Part shown: one piece after another, positions 13,184-27,436 of the stretch
Layout of the letters: every line of letters starts with the position of its first letter
How positions within the stretch are numbered: position 1 is the stretch's first letter
From: Eledone cirrhosa
Lineage: Eukaryota
Direction: 5' to 3'
Length of the DNA: 64,000 nucleotides
NCBI GenBank assembly: GCA_964016885.1
Contig: OZ024742.1
Coordinates: 58,714,001 to 58,778,000, forward strand
The notes under the pieces: generated by a model
Told to the model about the DNA's origin: nothing
Seen by the model: only the letters and a program-made list of their open reading frames with translations
Databases searched by the model: none
Program-made: the position numbers and the translations under genes

Positions 13184-14250
13184 GACCACGGCATATGTAA
13201 ACTGCAGGACCTCGAAACTGGTAATAGGACCATGCCATATGTAAACTGTAGGACCTCGAAACTGGTAATAGGACCATGCCATATGTAAACTGCAGGACCT
13301 CGAAACTGGTAATAGGACCATGCCATATGTAAACTGTAGGACCTCGAAACTGGTAATAGGACCATGCCATATGTAAACTGCAGGACCTCGAAACTGGTAA
13401 TAGGACCATGCCATATGTAAACTGTAGGACCTCGAAACTGGTAATAGGACCATGCCATATGTAAACTGTAGGACCTCGAAACTGGTAATAGGACCATGCC
13501 ATATGTAAACTGTAGGACCTCGAAACTGGTAATAGGACCATGCCATATGTAAACTGCAGGACCTCGAAACTGGTAATAGGACCATGCCATATGTAAACTG
13601 TAGGACCACGAAACTGGTAATAGGACCATGCCATATGTAAACTGTAGGACCTCGAAACTGGTAATAGGACCATGCCATATGTAAACTGTAGGACCACGAA
13701 ACTGGTAATAGGACCATGCCATATGTAAACTGCAGGACCTCGAAACTGGTAATAGGACCATGCCATATGTAAACTGTAGGACCACGAAACTGGTAATAGG
13801 ACCATGCCATATGTAAACTGTAGGACCTCGAAACTGGTAATAGGACCATGCCATATGTAAACTGTAGGACCACGAAACTGGTAATAGGACCATGCCATAT
13901 GTAAACTGTAGGACCACGAAACTGGTAATAGGACCATGCCATATGTAAACTGTAGGACCTCGAAACTGGTAATAGGACCATGCCATATGTAAACTGTAGG
14001 ACCACGAAACTGGTAATAGGACCATGCCATATGTAAACTGTAGGACCTCGAAACTGGTAATAGGACCATGCCATATGTAAACTGTAGGACCACGAAACTG
14101 GTAATAGGACCATGCCATATGTAAACTGTAGGACCTCGAAACTGGTAATAGGACCATGCCATATGTAAACTGTAGGACCACGAAACTGGTAATAGGACCA
14201 TGCCATATGTAAACTGTAGGACCTCGAAACTGGTAATAGGACCACGCCAT
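13184..14250. repeat. 44-bp tandem satellite, ~24 copies
   Basis: Unit GGACCATGCCATATGTAAACTG(T/C)AGGACC(T/A)CGAAACTGGTAATA; the 44-aa period of the ORFs equals 3 x 44 nt. Confidence 0.97.
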
Positions 14251-14360
14251 AGTGGCCGCTAAATACTTTTTTCCATCCACTGTGGGTATTTTATCCGATT
14301 TTCTGTGCTATTATTTATAGCAGCCGATTGTGTTTACAACTATTTTCTACGTTTGAGTTT

Positions 14361-14499
<139 letters not shown>

Positions 14500-14530
14500 A
14501 TATATATATATGTGTATATATATATGTATA

Positions 14531-14561
<31 letters not shown>

Positions 14562-14587
14562 ACATATATATATATATATGTATATAC

Positions 14588-14633
<46 letters not shown>

Positions 14634-14900
14634 CGAGAGAGAGATAGAGATAGAGAGAGAGATAGAGAGGGAGAGAGGAATGGGGGTACATATGTGTATA
14701 CATCTACGTGTGTGCATATATGTATGTGTGAATGAAATGAAATTTATTCCGACGATTTTATTTTAAATATATTGTGATTGTGACATAAACCATGCCTCTA
14801 AAACCTGATCCTCTAATAATACAAGTACTCAAGAAGTAAAGTTTATGTCCTCCACCCAAAGAAACTTTAATTGCTTCTATGACGACAGAGCATTAAAGAT

Positions 14901-14964
<64 letters not shown>

Positions 14965-15012
14965 GAAAGTAGAGAATCGACTGCACGGTCAGCGGTTTCG
15001 GCTAGTTACCTC

Positions 15013-15128
<116 letters not shown>

Positions 15129-15182
15129 GGTAAAAATTGAATATACTAGATTAACGATGAGATCTGAGAGAGAAAGTCAATA

Positions 15183-15215
15183 CATAACGTTTCGGGATAC
15201 GTCCTTCATCCGATG
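15183..15215 (-). ncRNA. Degenerate minimal hammerhead motif
   Basis: CAT-CGGATGA-AGGACGTATCCC-GAAAC-GTT-ATG; core U4 changed to G. Confidence 0.4.
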
Positions 15216-15379
15216 GTAGAGAAGAGAAGAAAAAAGGTAGGAAAGTAAGCAATTTTGATTTACAGACTTTTAGTTATTTCTTGTAGAAAAAAAAAAACTA
15301 CAATTTGAAATGCATCTTGACGTAATGCCTGAGTGCGTATATATATATATATACGTACTCAGGCATACACACACACATG

Positions 15380-15410
<31 letters not shown>

Positions 15411-15608
15411 GTATGTAAAAGCTAAACAGAAAAAACAACACAATCGGTAAAGTATATGGAAGGAATATATTAGGTTAAACGATAAAATTTCGTTTACATA
15501 TAATCAGGATTTTATTGTGTAAACGAATCTTCATCGTTTTTCTTAGTATATACACTCTGCCTGTGCATCGAGTGCTTATATTGGTACGACCACCAGATAT
15601 TCACTGAA

Positions 15609-15649
<41 letters not shown>

Positions 15650-17003
15650 CTACACACTCGCATGTACAGTAAGTGTATAAACATTTAGTTACAATTTACA
15701 CGACAAAAGTACTCCTTTTTACCTTACAACTAACTTACATCCCTTTTCTCTAGCTTTCCTGTCACAACCACCAGGAGTTCGTAACGATATACACAATGTT
15801 TCATCTTTTTGAGGGCGATAAATGAAATACCAGTCGAGTACTGGCGTCGATTATCTTCCTTTCTCCTTCTCTCTGTAAGAAATCAGCTATGTTCAAATCT
15901 GGAGATGGAAGGACTCCACCAGATCTAAATTATCCAAGTCTTGCCTGTGTGTCCAGGACAGTACCTCTATAATTCCATCAGGAGTTAAGGTTTTTTTCTT
16001 TTTTCGATTATTGATAACAATTTCTAATTCAAAGCATAAGGACAGCAATTTGGTACTTGACTGGTACTTTATTTTATTGATCCCCGGGATGATGAAAGGC
16101 TAAATTGAACTCGGTTGGATTTGAGCTGAGAACGCAAAAAAGCGAATCAAATACCACAACACATATTACTCGTCTCTGAGGCGTCTGCCAATCCACTACT
16201 CTTAATAATTCATCAAGATTTGAATCCAGAATGTAAAGAGCCGAAACAAACCATCGTTCTCTGGTAATTCTGCCAAATCACAATAATATTAATAATATGA
16301 AACTACTTGGTAGTATTTAGTTTTATTGTATTTGAATATGAAATTAGGACAGGTTTAACCGCAATAATATATTTTTCTCGGAATGACATGTAATCAGATG
16401 TTAACCGCCTTGGGACAAATTTCTTGCTTAATCATCATGAAAATGTTGAAATTCCAGAAATATACTTTTAGGGGCAAGAAATTATGAAGTAATGCCAATT
16501 TAATATGGAAATTAAGACAGCATCATTTAATTGAAGAACGAACTTGAAAAACGTTTGAACAGTTGGAGTTATATTTCATGAAACGGAATGAAAGTAGGTC
16601 AGAGTTCTATTTTTATAGGAAATATTTTGAATATGTTGAAAAATACTAGTAACAATAACAACAACAAACTAGTGATTATGAAAACAAAAAATATACATGA
16701 AAAAAAATACGAAACAAAACAGATTAAAACAAACGCGGAACAAAACATCAACATTAGAAGTGACTAATAACACCCACTTAACTGACTTAAATATTAGATA
16801 TGATTGTTATTGTGTAATTATGAAATTAAACATTGAATTTTTTTAATACGGAGAACTTTATATAACAAAACGGCTGAATGAGTTAGCTAATAGGCCGATA
16901 CGTCGTTGTATAAGTGCAAATCTAGCCTCGTCCATTAGAACTCTACGCTCTCAGTTCAAATACCACCGCAATCAACTTTACCTTTTATTATATATGAAGG
17001 TAA

Positions 17004-17655
17004 GGGCGTTGGATTGGCAGTATCGGTAGAGGGTCGGACGCCATGCCTTGACACATAGAGTTACGGCCCTTTCCATTCTGAGTTCAAATCCCGCCAAGGT
17101 TAACGTTGCCTTTCGGGGTTGATAAAATGAAGTACCAGTAATGCACTGGGTAATTGCTGGCCTTGTGCCTAAAGTAGAAACAATTATATATGAAGGTAAG
17201 GGCGTTGGATTGGCAGTAACGGTAGAAGGTCAGATGCCATGCTTTGCAGCATAGAGTTACATCCCTTTACGTTCTGTGTTCAAATCCCGCCAAAGTTAGC
17301 TTTGCCTTTCATCCTTACGGGGTCGATAAAATAAAGTACCAGTAATACACTGGGGTAGATTTAATCGACTTTCCCCTCCCCTTCAAATTGCTGGCCTTGT
17401 GCCTATATAAGAAGCAATTATATATGAAGGTAGAGAGGGCGGTGGATTGGCAGTATAGGTAGAGCGTCGGACACCAAACTTTGGGACATAGAGTTACGAC
17501 CCTTTACGTTCTGAGTTCAAATAACGCCTAGGTTAGCTTTGCCTTTCATCCTTACGGGGTCAATAAATAAAGCACCAGTAATGTACTGGGTCGATTTAAT
17601 CGACTTTCACCTTCCCCCAAAATTGCTGGCCTTGTGCCTAAATCAGAAGCCATTA
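17004..17655 (+). mobile_element. Three head-to-tail main-family SINEs
   Basis: Copies at ~17004-17187, 17200-17420 and 17437-17655, separated by TTATATATGAAGGTA. Confidence 0.85.
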
Positions 17656-18914
17656 CATATGAAGAGAGACCACTATTGTTTCCTAGAACTCAATGGATCG
17701 AAGGGCTTACACGACACTTGAGATGACTAGATTGTATCAATTTTAAAATATCTTCGATTGAAAAATAATTTAATTCTCTCTTTTTTTTCCTTATTCGGAT
17801 TTTCTTTTTATTTCGTTACAGTTAAAATAAAAATCTGTTCATTTCTTGGAGATATGCGGCGAATTGACAGAGTCGTTAAGGTATACAAAACCCGCCGAGC
17901 CCAAATTTGCCTTTCATCCTTTCGACATCGATAAAAAACCATCGGTTCAGTACTCAGTGTTGACCCCCGCCCCCCCTCTCTCTCTGCTTATCTCTGTTAA
18001 TGAGACTTGAAGAGGAGATGGGATCCACCAGGTTTAAAATTCCGAAGACATGTCGTGTGTCAGTACGGTACTCCTAGAACTCCATTAGGAGTTAAATCAC
18101 TTTTAACTTTTTGTTTTATTTATTCGAGAGGAAATACTTGTCTTCGATAACAAAACATTAAAACAATGTAAAGAAAGGATGTCGTTTTTTATTCCAACAT
18201 TTGTATTAGAGCTTCATTTTTATTTTATGTTTCTGTTTTTTTGTTGTTGTTGCGGTTGTTAAAATTAGATTTGGTTATATTTCAGTAACTTGTTATACAG
18301 ATTTGATATCCGGAGATAGCAGCTGGCCTGGAGTAGACTGAATGTATGTAATTTACACGAAAAATGTTGGAGGAGTAGAAAAAGAGGGAAAAAGAAAAGA
18401 TAAACGACGAAGGAAAAGAACAAAATAAGGAGGAGAGGAAAAAGTAGACGGTCAAGAAAAGGAGGAAAAAGAACAAGATTGAAAAGAGAAAGACGGAAAA
18501 GGAGGAGGAGTAGAGTTGATGAAATGAAAGTATTTGTTTAGGGCGGTGGTTTGGTCGTATTTATTCCAGCTCCTTGAGTTCTGAGTTCAAATTTCGCTGT
18601 GACCCTCGTGGGTGGTAAACGTAATCCATGGACCACTTGAACCCATCACCCCCGCACACCTTGATTTTAGTGGTATCTACCCTGTTGCAAGCATTCGGAG
18701 CAGATTTCTGGTTTGGGGATACCTTCCTCTCGCCTGCTAGAAAAAGGACATGGGCACTGTCATTCCTTCTCTGACTTTCTTTCGATTAACCCGTAACTCC
18801 TGGCGGAATCGCAGGGGCACCGTAGTTATATACAGCATTTCTTGGGCATTTTAAAAACCTGGTGGACCCCATCATCTTTCCAATTTTAAACAAAACCAAT
18901 TTCTGTCAGAGGTG

Positions 18915-19098
18915 AGAGAGTTACGGCCCTTTTCGGTCTGAGTTCAAATCCCGCCGAGGTTAACTTTGCCTTTCATCCTTACGGTGTCAATAAAATAAAG
19001 TACCAGTCACGCACTGGGGTCGAGTTAATCGACTTACCCCCCCCCCCCCCCAAAAAAAAAAATTTGATGGCCTTGTGCCTATATAAGAAACCATTATT
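18915..19098 (+). mobile_element. SINE, main family (5'-truncated, long variant)
   Basis: B-box, central domain and tail. Confidence 0.8.
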
Positions 19099-19600
19099 AT
19101 AAGCTGTGTTGTACTCTTACACCATGTCCTTATCACCTCTATAGCGTGTGGTGAACAAACAATGTTCTCCACTGAGCACCAATATATTATATGATAGCGG
19201 TTTTATGGTTCAACTTTAAATTCTTCCGTCATTGACGTTAAAGTCCGCTGTAGCTATTTAAAACACCCCCAATTATACCCCACTTTCAGTTATATCCCCA
19301 AATGATATCCCATATTCAAAATGATATTCAAAAATATGCAACCCGTTTATTATTTAATCAATATACAGAATCTCTCAATGTCATGAAAAGCCATTGACAT
19401 TATATAAAAATAATTGAACAGTATCTAATAAAAACAAAACACACTATGAAAAGGAACAGGAAAGGAAGGAATATAAAAAAGAGAAAAAGAAAGAAGGATC
19501 AAGCAACGAAAGAAAGGGAGAGGGAGAGGGACAGTTACGACACCCCGGTCTGAGCGGTGTCTCAGCCGCAGCCCCGCGAACAAAGCAGCAAAAACGTTAC

Positions 19601-19658
19601 CGTGGAGAATGGCCAGAGACACCCGCTGCAAAAACAACTCCACCCCATGAGGCTCCAT
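19601..19658 (-). CDS. Possible first coding exon of an unidentified gene
   Basis: CpG-rich unique patch; ATGs at 19658 (gaggATGG, MEPHGVELFLQRVSLAILH) and 19648 (MGWSCFCSGCLWPFST); donor-like ACG|GTAACG at 19601/19600; no downstream exon found. Confidence 0.25.
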
Positions 19659-19848
19659 CCTCAAGCGAGGAAATCAGCCGCGCGGGGACCAAGGACGAAA
19701 AATAAGAATAATTCAGGGAGCAACTCAAAAAGAGAGGGAGAGAAAGGGAGTGATAGAGAGGCGAGAGAGGGAGAGATATGCACATAGATAGATAGAAAAT
19801 AAAAAGATTGATAGATATATAGAGAAAACACGCGCGTGCACACAGAGA

Positions 19849-19882
<34 letters not shown>

Positions 19883-20172
19883 TAGAGAGAGAGGGAGAGA
19901 GGGGGCTAGGGAGAGAGAGAGGGGATAGGGAGAGAGAGAGAGAGAGGTAGATAAATAGGTAGATAGACTAAGACACACACATATACAGACAGAAATAGAT
20001 GGATAAATAGACTGAGAAGGAATGACGCAAACACACACACACACACACACGCGCACACACACGCACACACACACACGCACACACACACACGCACACACAC
20101 ACATACCCACACACACACAGATAAGTAGATAGTAGAAAAAATATATATACACACACACACGCATATATATAT

Positions 20173-20230
<58 letters not shown>

Positions 20231-20522
20231 AGAGAGGAGTAGAGAAAAGGGGGAAGAGAGAGAGAGAGAGAGTGTGGAGAGGGAGAAGAGAAAATTAGAA
20301 ACCCCATGAAAATAAGGGATTACAGTAGGGTATATTAAATTGTCTCTAGGGAGAGATTGCTTGGGCAAATATATGGCCGAGGGATCAAATTCTATTAGCA
20401 CACGTCCCAGATAGAAAAACAACGTGCTCTTTACATAACTGTCTCTTGTTTCATCATATTTGTCGGTCATTTGATATATTTCGTGTTTCACACTGCTTTT
20501 AGTGGGTTGAGCATTTGGAACT

Positions 20523-20572
<50 letters not shown>

Positions 20573-20764
20573 CATAGCTACCTACTTACATACATATATA
20601 CATAGCTACCTACTTACATACATACATACATACATACATACACATACATACATACTTACATACATATAAACATATATTCACGCACACACACACACATATA
20701 TATATACATATATACATACATATATAAACATATATATATACAATATATATATATATATAAACAT

Positions 20765-20795
<31 letters not shown>

Positions 20796-21049
20796 CATAT
20801 AAACATACATGCACACGTACATACATATATATGTAGAGGTGGGGATAGTAACGGTGGTAGTAGTGGTATTGGTTGAAGTAGTTATGGTAGTGATGGTGGC
20901 AGTGATGGTAGTATTAGTTGATGTGTTGATAGTAATGGTAGTGGTGTTGATGGTGGTGATGGGGGCGATCGTGGTAATGATGGTGGCATTGGTGTTGTTT
21001 TTAGTGGTAGTGGTAGTCGTCGTTGTCATCAATCGATGTTGATGTTGGC

Positions 21050-21080
<31 letters not shown>

Positions 21081-21612
21081 TTAATGGCGATGATGATGAT
21101 GATGATGATGATGAATAAGTAGATAAATAAATCCTTGTAATGAATGAAAATATAAATAAATAAAAGCCTCCTTTTATCAACTGAAAGTGAGATCAAATTT
21201 GAAGTTATTTAAAAACGCCAAGAAAAAAAATCCGCTCCATAATTCAGACTGACATACACATTCTCAATTTCCACTCCTATATCATATAATTTAGTATGAC
21301 ACATAAATATATATTACATATATTTATGTCATTATATATATATATATATGTATAAATATATTATGTAAATAAGATCTCAACACTAATACATGCTAGCAAA
21401 GGTTTCAAACTTCAGCCAGCATAGGACATACACTTATAGGTTTCTAATTTCTAATTTTCTAATTTATTTATTGGTTTCTAATTTTATACATATATATTAA
21501 TTTATTTGTATTTACACACACACACGCGCGCGCGCGCTCACGCACAGACACATGCGCGCGCACACCCACAGACACACGCATGCATGCATGCACACACTCA
21601 CACCCCACGCAC

Positions 21613-21650
<38 letters not shown>

Positions 21651-23559
21651 AAATATATATGCTGTGCCACTGCCAGAAAGGAATTTAGTCATCCATATCA
21701 GCTCTTAGTGTCTTTTTAAGTCTAGTCCTTATTTTATCGATCTCTATTTGTCGATCCACTACTTCATTTATTTATATAAATTAATATATGTATATAACGG
21801 GAACAACTTTTCCTTTAAAGTTTGTTGTGTTGAAAACACAACTGGGCTCTACTTTTTTCTTCGTCTCCATAGTCTAGTATGAAGAGTTCTCAGCAGTTTG
21901 TTTGGAAAAGTGAAGTTATCAAATCTATCATCGACGCTTTTAGACTTTCACCGTCTCAACTTCTAGATGAAGTGATTATATGTGTTATTGTCACTTTAGA
22001 GTAGGCAGGTTTAATGTGATGGTTGGAAATATCTATCTTTGGGTATATATATATCATTAGGTGGTGAATTGGAAGAATCGTTAGAGTGTCGAATTAAATG
22101 CCTCCGTATTTATTCTTGTTAAGGCGCGTGGCCTAGTGGTTAGGTTGTTAGACTTACGATCATAATGTCATGTTGTTCGATTCCTCGATCGGATTGTGTG
22201 TTGTGTTCTTGAGCAAAATACTTAATTTCTCAATTGAAAATGTGTACCAGCAGTAATTGGAGGTTAACCCTTCGATGAACTAGCGTCGTGTCCAGGGAGG
22301 TGGGGAAAGTCGTGTACTCTCAGTCGTTTAACGCCAACGAAACAAGGATAAACACCGGCCGAATGAGCCTCCGGGTTTGAGACAGTATCTATTCCTGCTC
22401 ACTGTGCTCTGAGTTCAAATTCCGCCGAAGTCAACTTTGTCTCTCATCATTTCGATGTCGACAAATAAAATACCAAATCAAAACTGGGTTGGTTCTTCAT
22501 TTATCTCTCTTTACCACTTTCTCTTGCTCTCTAGTTCTAGAAAGGATAGATGTATTGTTTACTAATGTTTCTAGTCTAGTTTTCTTTCGTGTTGTATAAT
22601 GTAACATGTAACATTGCAATAGCTACATGTTATAAGTGTATGGTGATCCGACGAGAAAGTGTCGTAATTTTATGACCAATGTAACAGATGGAGTCGTGAA
22701 GTTTACGCTTGCTGTACAATTTATAAGCCACATTAATCATTAGTAGATTGTACGTGGGCTTCCAGACTTGTAGTTTGTTTCTGATAAGAATCTTTTAAAT
22801 CTTTCTTATACCAAACTATTTGAAAACACATATGATTCTATGATACAAAGCATTTTGTTTTAAAGTGTTCATATATAAAATTACAAACCTACCATAATAA
22901 TTTTATGGAAAAAAATATTTTAATATCTTTCAAGCACCAGTTTATCGAAAAAGTAATTTAGTAAACCTCTAAACATTCTTGGTTTTTCTAAATTAATTGA
23001 AAACCAATGTATTTCATTAGAAATATGGTAACAAAAGGGTTAATTTTACTGATTTTTGTAGTTATGTTTTGCATTCTGTTTTATGACATTTTTTTTATAA
23101 TGTGTTCGTCTATAGTTAATATGCATTTGATTAATGTAATAGGCAGTATATATAGTTTATTTAATTTCATCAGGTTTATTGTGTGACGCAAATACAATGC
23201 AATCATAACAGCAGACACAGCACCTATTAAAAACACATAAAATAGACATAAACTGTGTTACATACATCAGCTACACACTACCTATAGAATAGCGGAAGAC
23301 TTAAAAAAAATCTCACACCTTAACACTGAACATATATAGAAGGCTCTAAATTTGAAACCTCATCTTTAAAACCACTAAACTAGAGTGTCTTAGTTCAAAG
23401 GCTTGCCAAAGATACTGGTGTCAAACTCGGCGACGGATTAAGTTGTTATCGAACTTTAAGTTCTGAGTTCAAATCTCACCGAGGTATACTTTATTTTTCA
23501 TCCTTCCGGGTCGTTTGGCATAGATTTAATTAATTAATCGGCCATGTGTCTATTTTAGT

Positions 23560-24640
23560 CTTATATTTATGTTAGCCTAAAGTCTGTTAGCTTTATGTCT
23601 CTGTTAACCATGCGTCTATGTTAACCTTGTATCTATGTTAGCCTTGTGTCTATGTTAGCCTTATGTCTATATTAGCCTTACGTCTCTGTTAGCCTTATGT
23701 CTCTGTTAGTCTTATGTCTATGTTAGCCTTATATCTATGTTAGCCTTATATCTATATTAGCCTTATATCTGTGTTAGCTTATGTCTATGTTAGCCTTATG
23801 TCTGTATTAGCCTTATGTTTATGTTAACCTTATGTCTATGTTAGCCTATGTATGTGCTAGCCTTGTGTCTCTGTTAGCCTTATGTCTATGTTAGCTTTGT
23901 GTCTACGTTAGCATTGTGTCTATGTTAGTCTTGTGTCTATGTTAGCCTTGTGTCCCTGTTAGCCGTATGTTTCTGTTAGCATTGTGTCTCTGTTAGCCTT
24001 ATGTCTATGATAGTCGTGTGACTGTTAACCTTGTATCTATGTTAATCTTGTGTCTACGTTAGCCTTGTGTCTATGTTAACCTTGTGTCTATGTTAGTTTT
24101 GTGTCTATGATAGCCTTATGCTTATGTGAGCCTTATGTTTATGTTAGCCTTATATCTATGATAGCCTTATGTTTATGTTAGCCTTGTGATATGTTAGTCT
24201 TGTGTCTATGTTAGCCTTGTACCTATATTAGCCTTGTGTCTATGTTAGCCTTGTGCCTGTGTTAGTTTTGTGTCTATATTAGCCTTGTGTCTATGTTAGT
24301 TTTGTGTCTATGTTAGCCTTGTACCTGTGTTAGTTTTGTGTCTATGTTAGCCTTGTGCCTGTGTTAGTTTTGTGTCTATGATAGCCTTGTGCCTGTGTTA
24401 TTTTTGTGTCTATGTTAGCCTTGTGTCTATGTTAGTTTTGTGTCTATGTTAGTTTTGTGTCTATGTTAGCTTTGTGCCTATGTTAGTTTTGTGTCTATGT
24501 TAGCCTTGTGCCTGTGTTAGCCTTGTGTCTATGTTAGCCTTGTGCCTGTGTTAGTTTTGTGTCTATGTTAGCTTTGTGCCTATGTTAGTCTTGTGTCTAT
24601 GATAGCCTTGTGCCTATGTTAGTTTTGTGTCTATACTAGG
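23560..24640. repeat. 17-bp minisatellite (TTAGCCTTGTGTCTATG), ~60 copies
   Basis: Direct reading; lies within a SINE 3' tail. Confidence 0.95.
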
Positions 24641-25692
24641 AACAATTGTTTCTGTTGTAATTACAACTATATGTAGTCTAAAGGTTATCTAGTTTCCAAA
24701 CACAGATACACAGACACATTGTCACACACATATTTCCGCCTAACACGCACATACATAGACTTCAACACACACATAAACACACACAAACACACATATATAT
24801 TTCAACACACATAGACATCAACACATTCACTCACACACAGACTGTAGTACACATAGACTTCGACATGCACACATATACATATATACACATATGGTTGTAC
24901 GTATTAAAAAAATCCTCATTTCGTATGTCAAAATTACAAAGCCGTTGTCTTATTTACGGTTCTGTCAAACTCCTAAGAAATAAATAAAACATTTCTTTTA
25001 TCTTTTGTTCGTCTAACTTCTGTGGTATGTCAAGAATTAAGTCACATGTTGATAATAGGATCTTAGAAAATTCCCTTTTTGACCCTTCACCAACCCTTTT
25101 ACCTCCACCTATGGACGGCAACTGTCCAGGAGATGTCACTTTAGAGGAATTTTCACTTCCGAAAGAATTTTCTTTTTCATCTCGGCGGACATTTTAAGTG
25201 GCCATTACGTTGGTTCTGAAAATGTTTCATCTGCCATAATATCTAAATAATTTATCTTTCTGTATTTCCATTTTCGCCATCTTATTTATTCATTTTATTT
25301 ATATATTATTGTGAAGACAAATATAAACATGAGGATTTGATTAAGTGGATCGGGAATCTAGATAAAACGTTTTCAGTTCATGCAAACTTATATAAACTAT
25401 AAATATTTACAAGAATTTAAAGAATTAACAGAGAGAAATCAGAAATTTATTTTGAATTTAAAACATCATATAAACGTCTCTATTGTGCATTCATATTAAT
25501 GCTTTGAATTAACGGAACAACACCCAGTCGTATATTTATTCCATATGTGCCAATTTGGAATTATTTCGGTGTCTGAAAATAATTTATGGTTCATCAAGGA
25601 ATGTATTTGTTTATTCAACCAACTAAGAAAATGTGTTTGAAACACTTTCCTTCTTTTTCAATATTCTATAGCGTTCTTTAATTATTCAGACA

Positions 25693-25880
25693 AGGGCAGT
25701 CGATTGGCAGTATCGGTAGAGGGTCGGACGCCATGCTTAGAGTTGCGGCCCTTTACGGTCTGAGTTCAAATCCCGCCGAGGTTAACTTTACCTTTCATCC
25801 TTACGGGGTCGATAAAATAAAGTACCAGTAATACACTAGGATAATTGGTGGTCTTGTGCCAAAAGTAGAAACAATTATTA
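25693..25880 (+). mobile_element. SINE, main family
   Basis: A and B boxes, central domain and tail. Confidence 0.85.
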
Positions 25881-26029
25881 TCACACTTGAAAAGAACCAA
25901 AAGTACAATTCTTAATAATTACGTGTAAAAACTCGAAACACATCTATTATTTCGGTACATATGCGGACGACAATATATACTGCACTCTTCGTTATTATTT
26001 TTGTTGTTTGTTTTAACTTATATATATAT

Positions 26030-26583
26030 GATGGTTTTACCCTCGTTATCGAGTATGGCCATTGCACGATATACCATTATTAATGATTATTAATTAATTC
26101 TATCGTGCAATGCCTGTGCGTGAAGATATTTTTTAAAGTGAGGAAAGACTGTGCACTGAGCCAATCCCACTCTCTGAGCGACAGTAGCTATAACCCGAAA
26201 AGAAGAACAGATCAACATCATCGGTAACTACTGAGCCGCAGGTTTTATTGAGTTGCCTTCTCCTAGAATATTGCCCTAACAAAGGCTAGGAGTTCTTCAC
26301 TCCCAGTGATTTAACCGCACGATCGGGTGTCCAGCTCGACTATTTCTATGTCCCCGCGCATATACATATGTACATGTACATGTGTATATACATATTTACA
26401 CACTCATGGATGGCCGTTGACTTTCATAAGTTTTTCCGCCCTTTGTCAGATTTTGTTTTTTGTCCTGCAGGGTGTCCAAAATCACCCTCCTCACCAAGTA
26501 AACTTGGTGGGGTTGCCGACGACCCGACCATGCGACAGGTTGTACTGGGTTACATGTTACCAGTAGCACTCAAGAGTGACCCG

Positions 26584-26585
<2 letters not shown>
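26030..26585 (-). mobile_element. Non-autonomous RTE-like element, diverged subfamily
   Basis: Colinear similarity to 6335-6942; 26040-26149 is nearly identical to 9660-9770. Confidence 0.6.
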
Positions 26586-26655
<70 letters not shown>

Positions 26656-27253
26656 CTTGTAAATAACACTTATTGTTTATATATTCACACATACAACTCC
26701 CAAACTCCCCACACATATATATACTCCATATTTGATGACGTACAAGCCACCACAATCTCATTTCAGCAGGGAATATTAAGAAAAAAAATCAATTAAGGGA
26801 TGCCTGTAAATACCACAAAGTTAACCACACCTAACCATCACCCAAAAGTATATCTACCCCACCACCAGATTTGAACTAAGCCGTAATTAATCAAAACTAA
26901 AGGACTCCTTTTGATAATATGTAGCCTTCAATTCCTGATGGAGTTGTATGGGTACCGTCGTGACATTTTCAATCTATCGGAGCTCCCTCCTCTCCGGATC
27001 TGACCACGTCCAATGTCTTTCGGAAAGAAAAACAGAAAGAGAGATGGAAGAAGAATCGACCTCAGTATTCGCATTGATACTTTAGTATATCAATCCCGAA
27101 AAAAGAGAAAGCCCGAAATGCCTCGGTATTTATTCCTATGAAGGCGCGTGGCCTGAACATTTGACGTAAACTAAGAGCTAAAGAACATTAACGAACACCG
27201 CAAATTTTGCTAATTTGATCACCTTATGAATATTCTGTACCCAAGTCTAATCC

Positions 27254-27436
27254 CAAACCTGTCAACTCTCCCCGTCCGACGGGGAGATCTCCCACCCACT
27301 TTGGGGTGGGTGGGAAATGTCTTCTCTTGTGAAAATGGGTATAGCTTTAATTATGTAAAATCTCCCCATTTTGCCTCATTTCTCCCCGTTTTGGGGCACG
27401 TTTTTCATGGTACTCCCGTTTAGGTTTGCTGGTCTG
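27254..27436. mobile_element. Degenerate hAT-like MITE
   Basis: Imperfect TIRs CAAACCTGTCAAC / GTTTGCTGGTCTG; internal CTCCC repeats and palindromes. Confidence 0.4.

Noticed and set aside
13200-13230. Hammerhead-like CTGTAGGA..GAAACTGGTA in the satellite unit
   Set aside because: The core does not match CUGANGA and no stem I or II can form
13115-14280. Three long overlapping ORFs / CRISPR-like regularity
   Set aside because: Pure 44-bp tandem repeat with no unique spacers and no cas genes; the ORFs are the same repeat read in three frames
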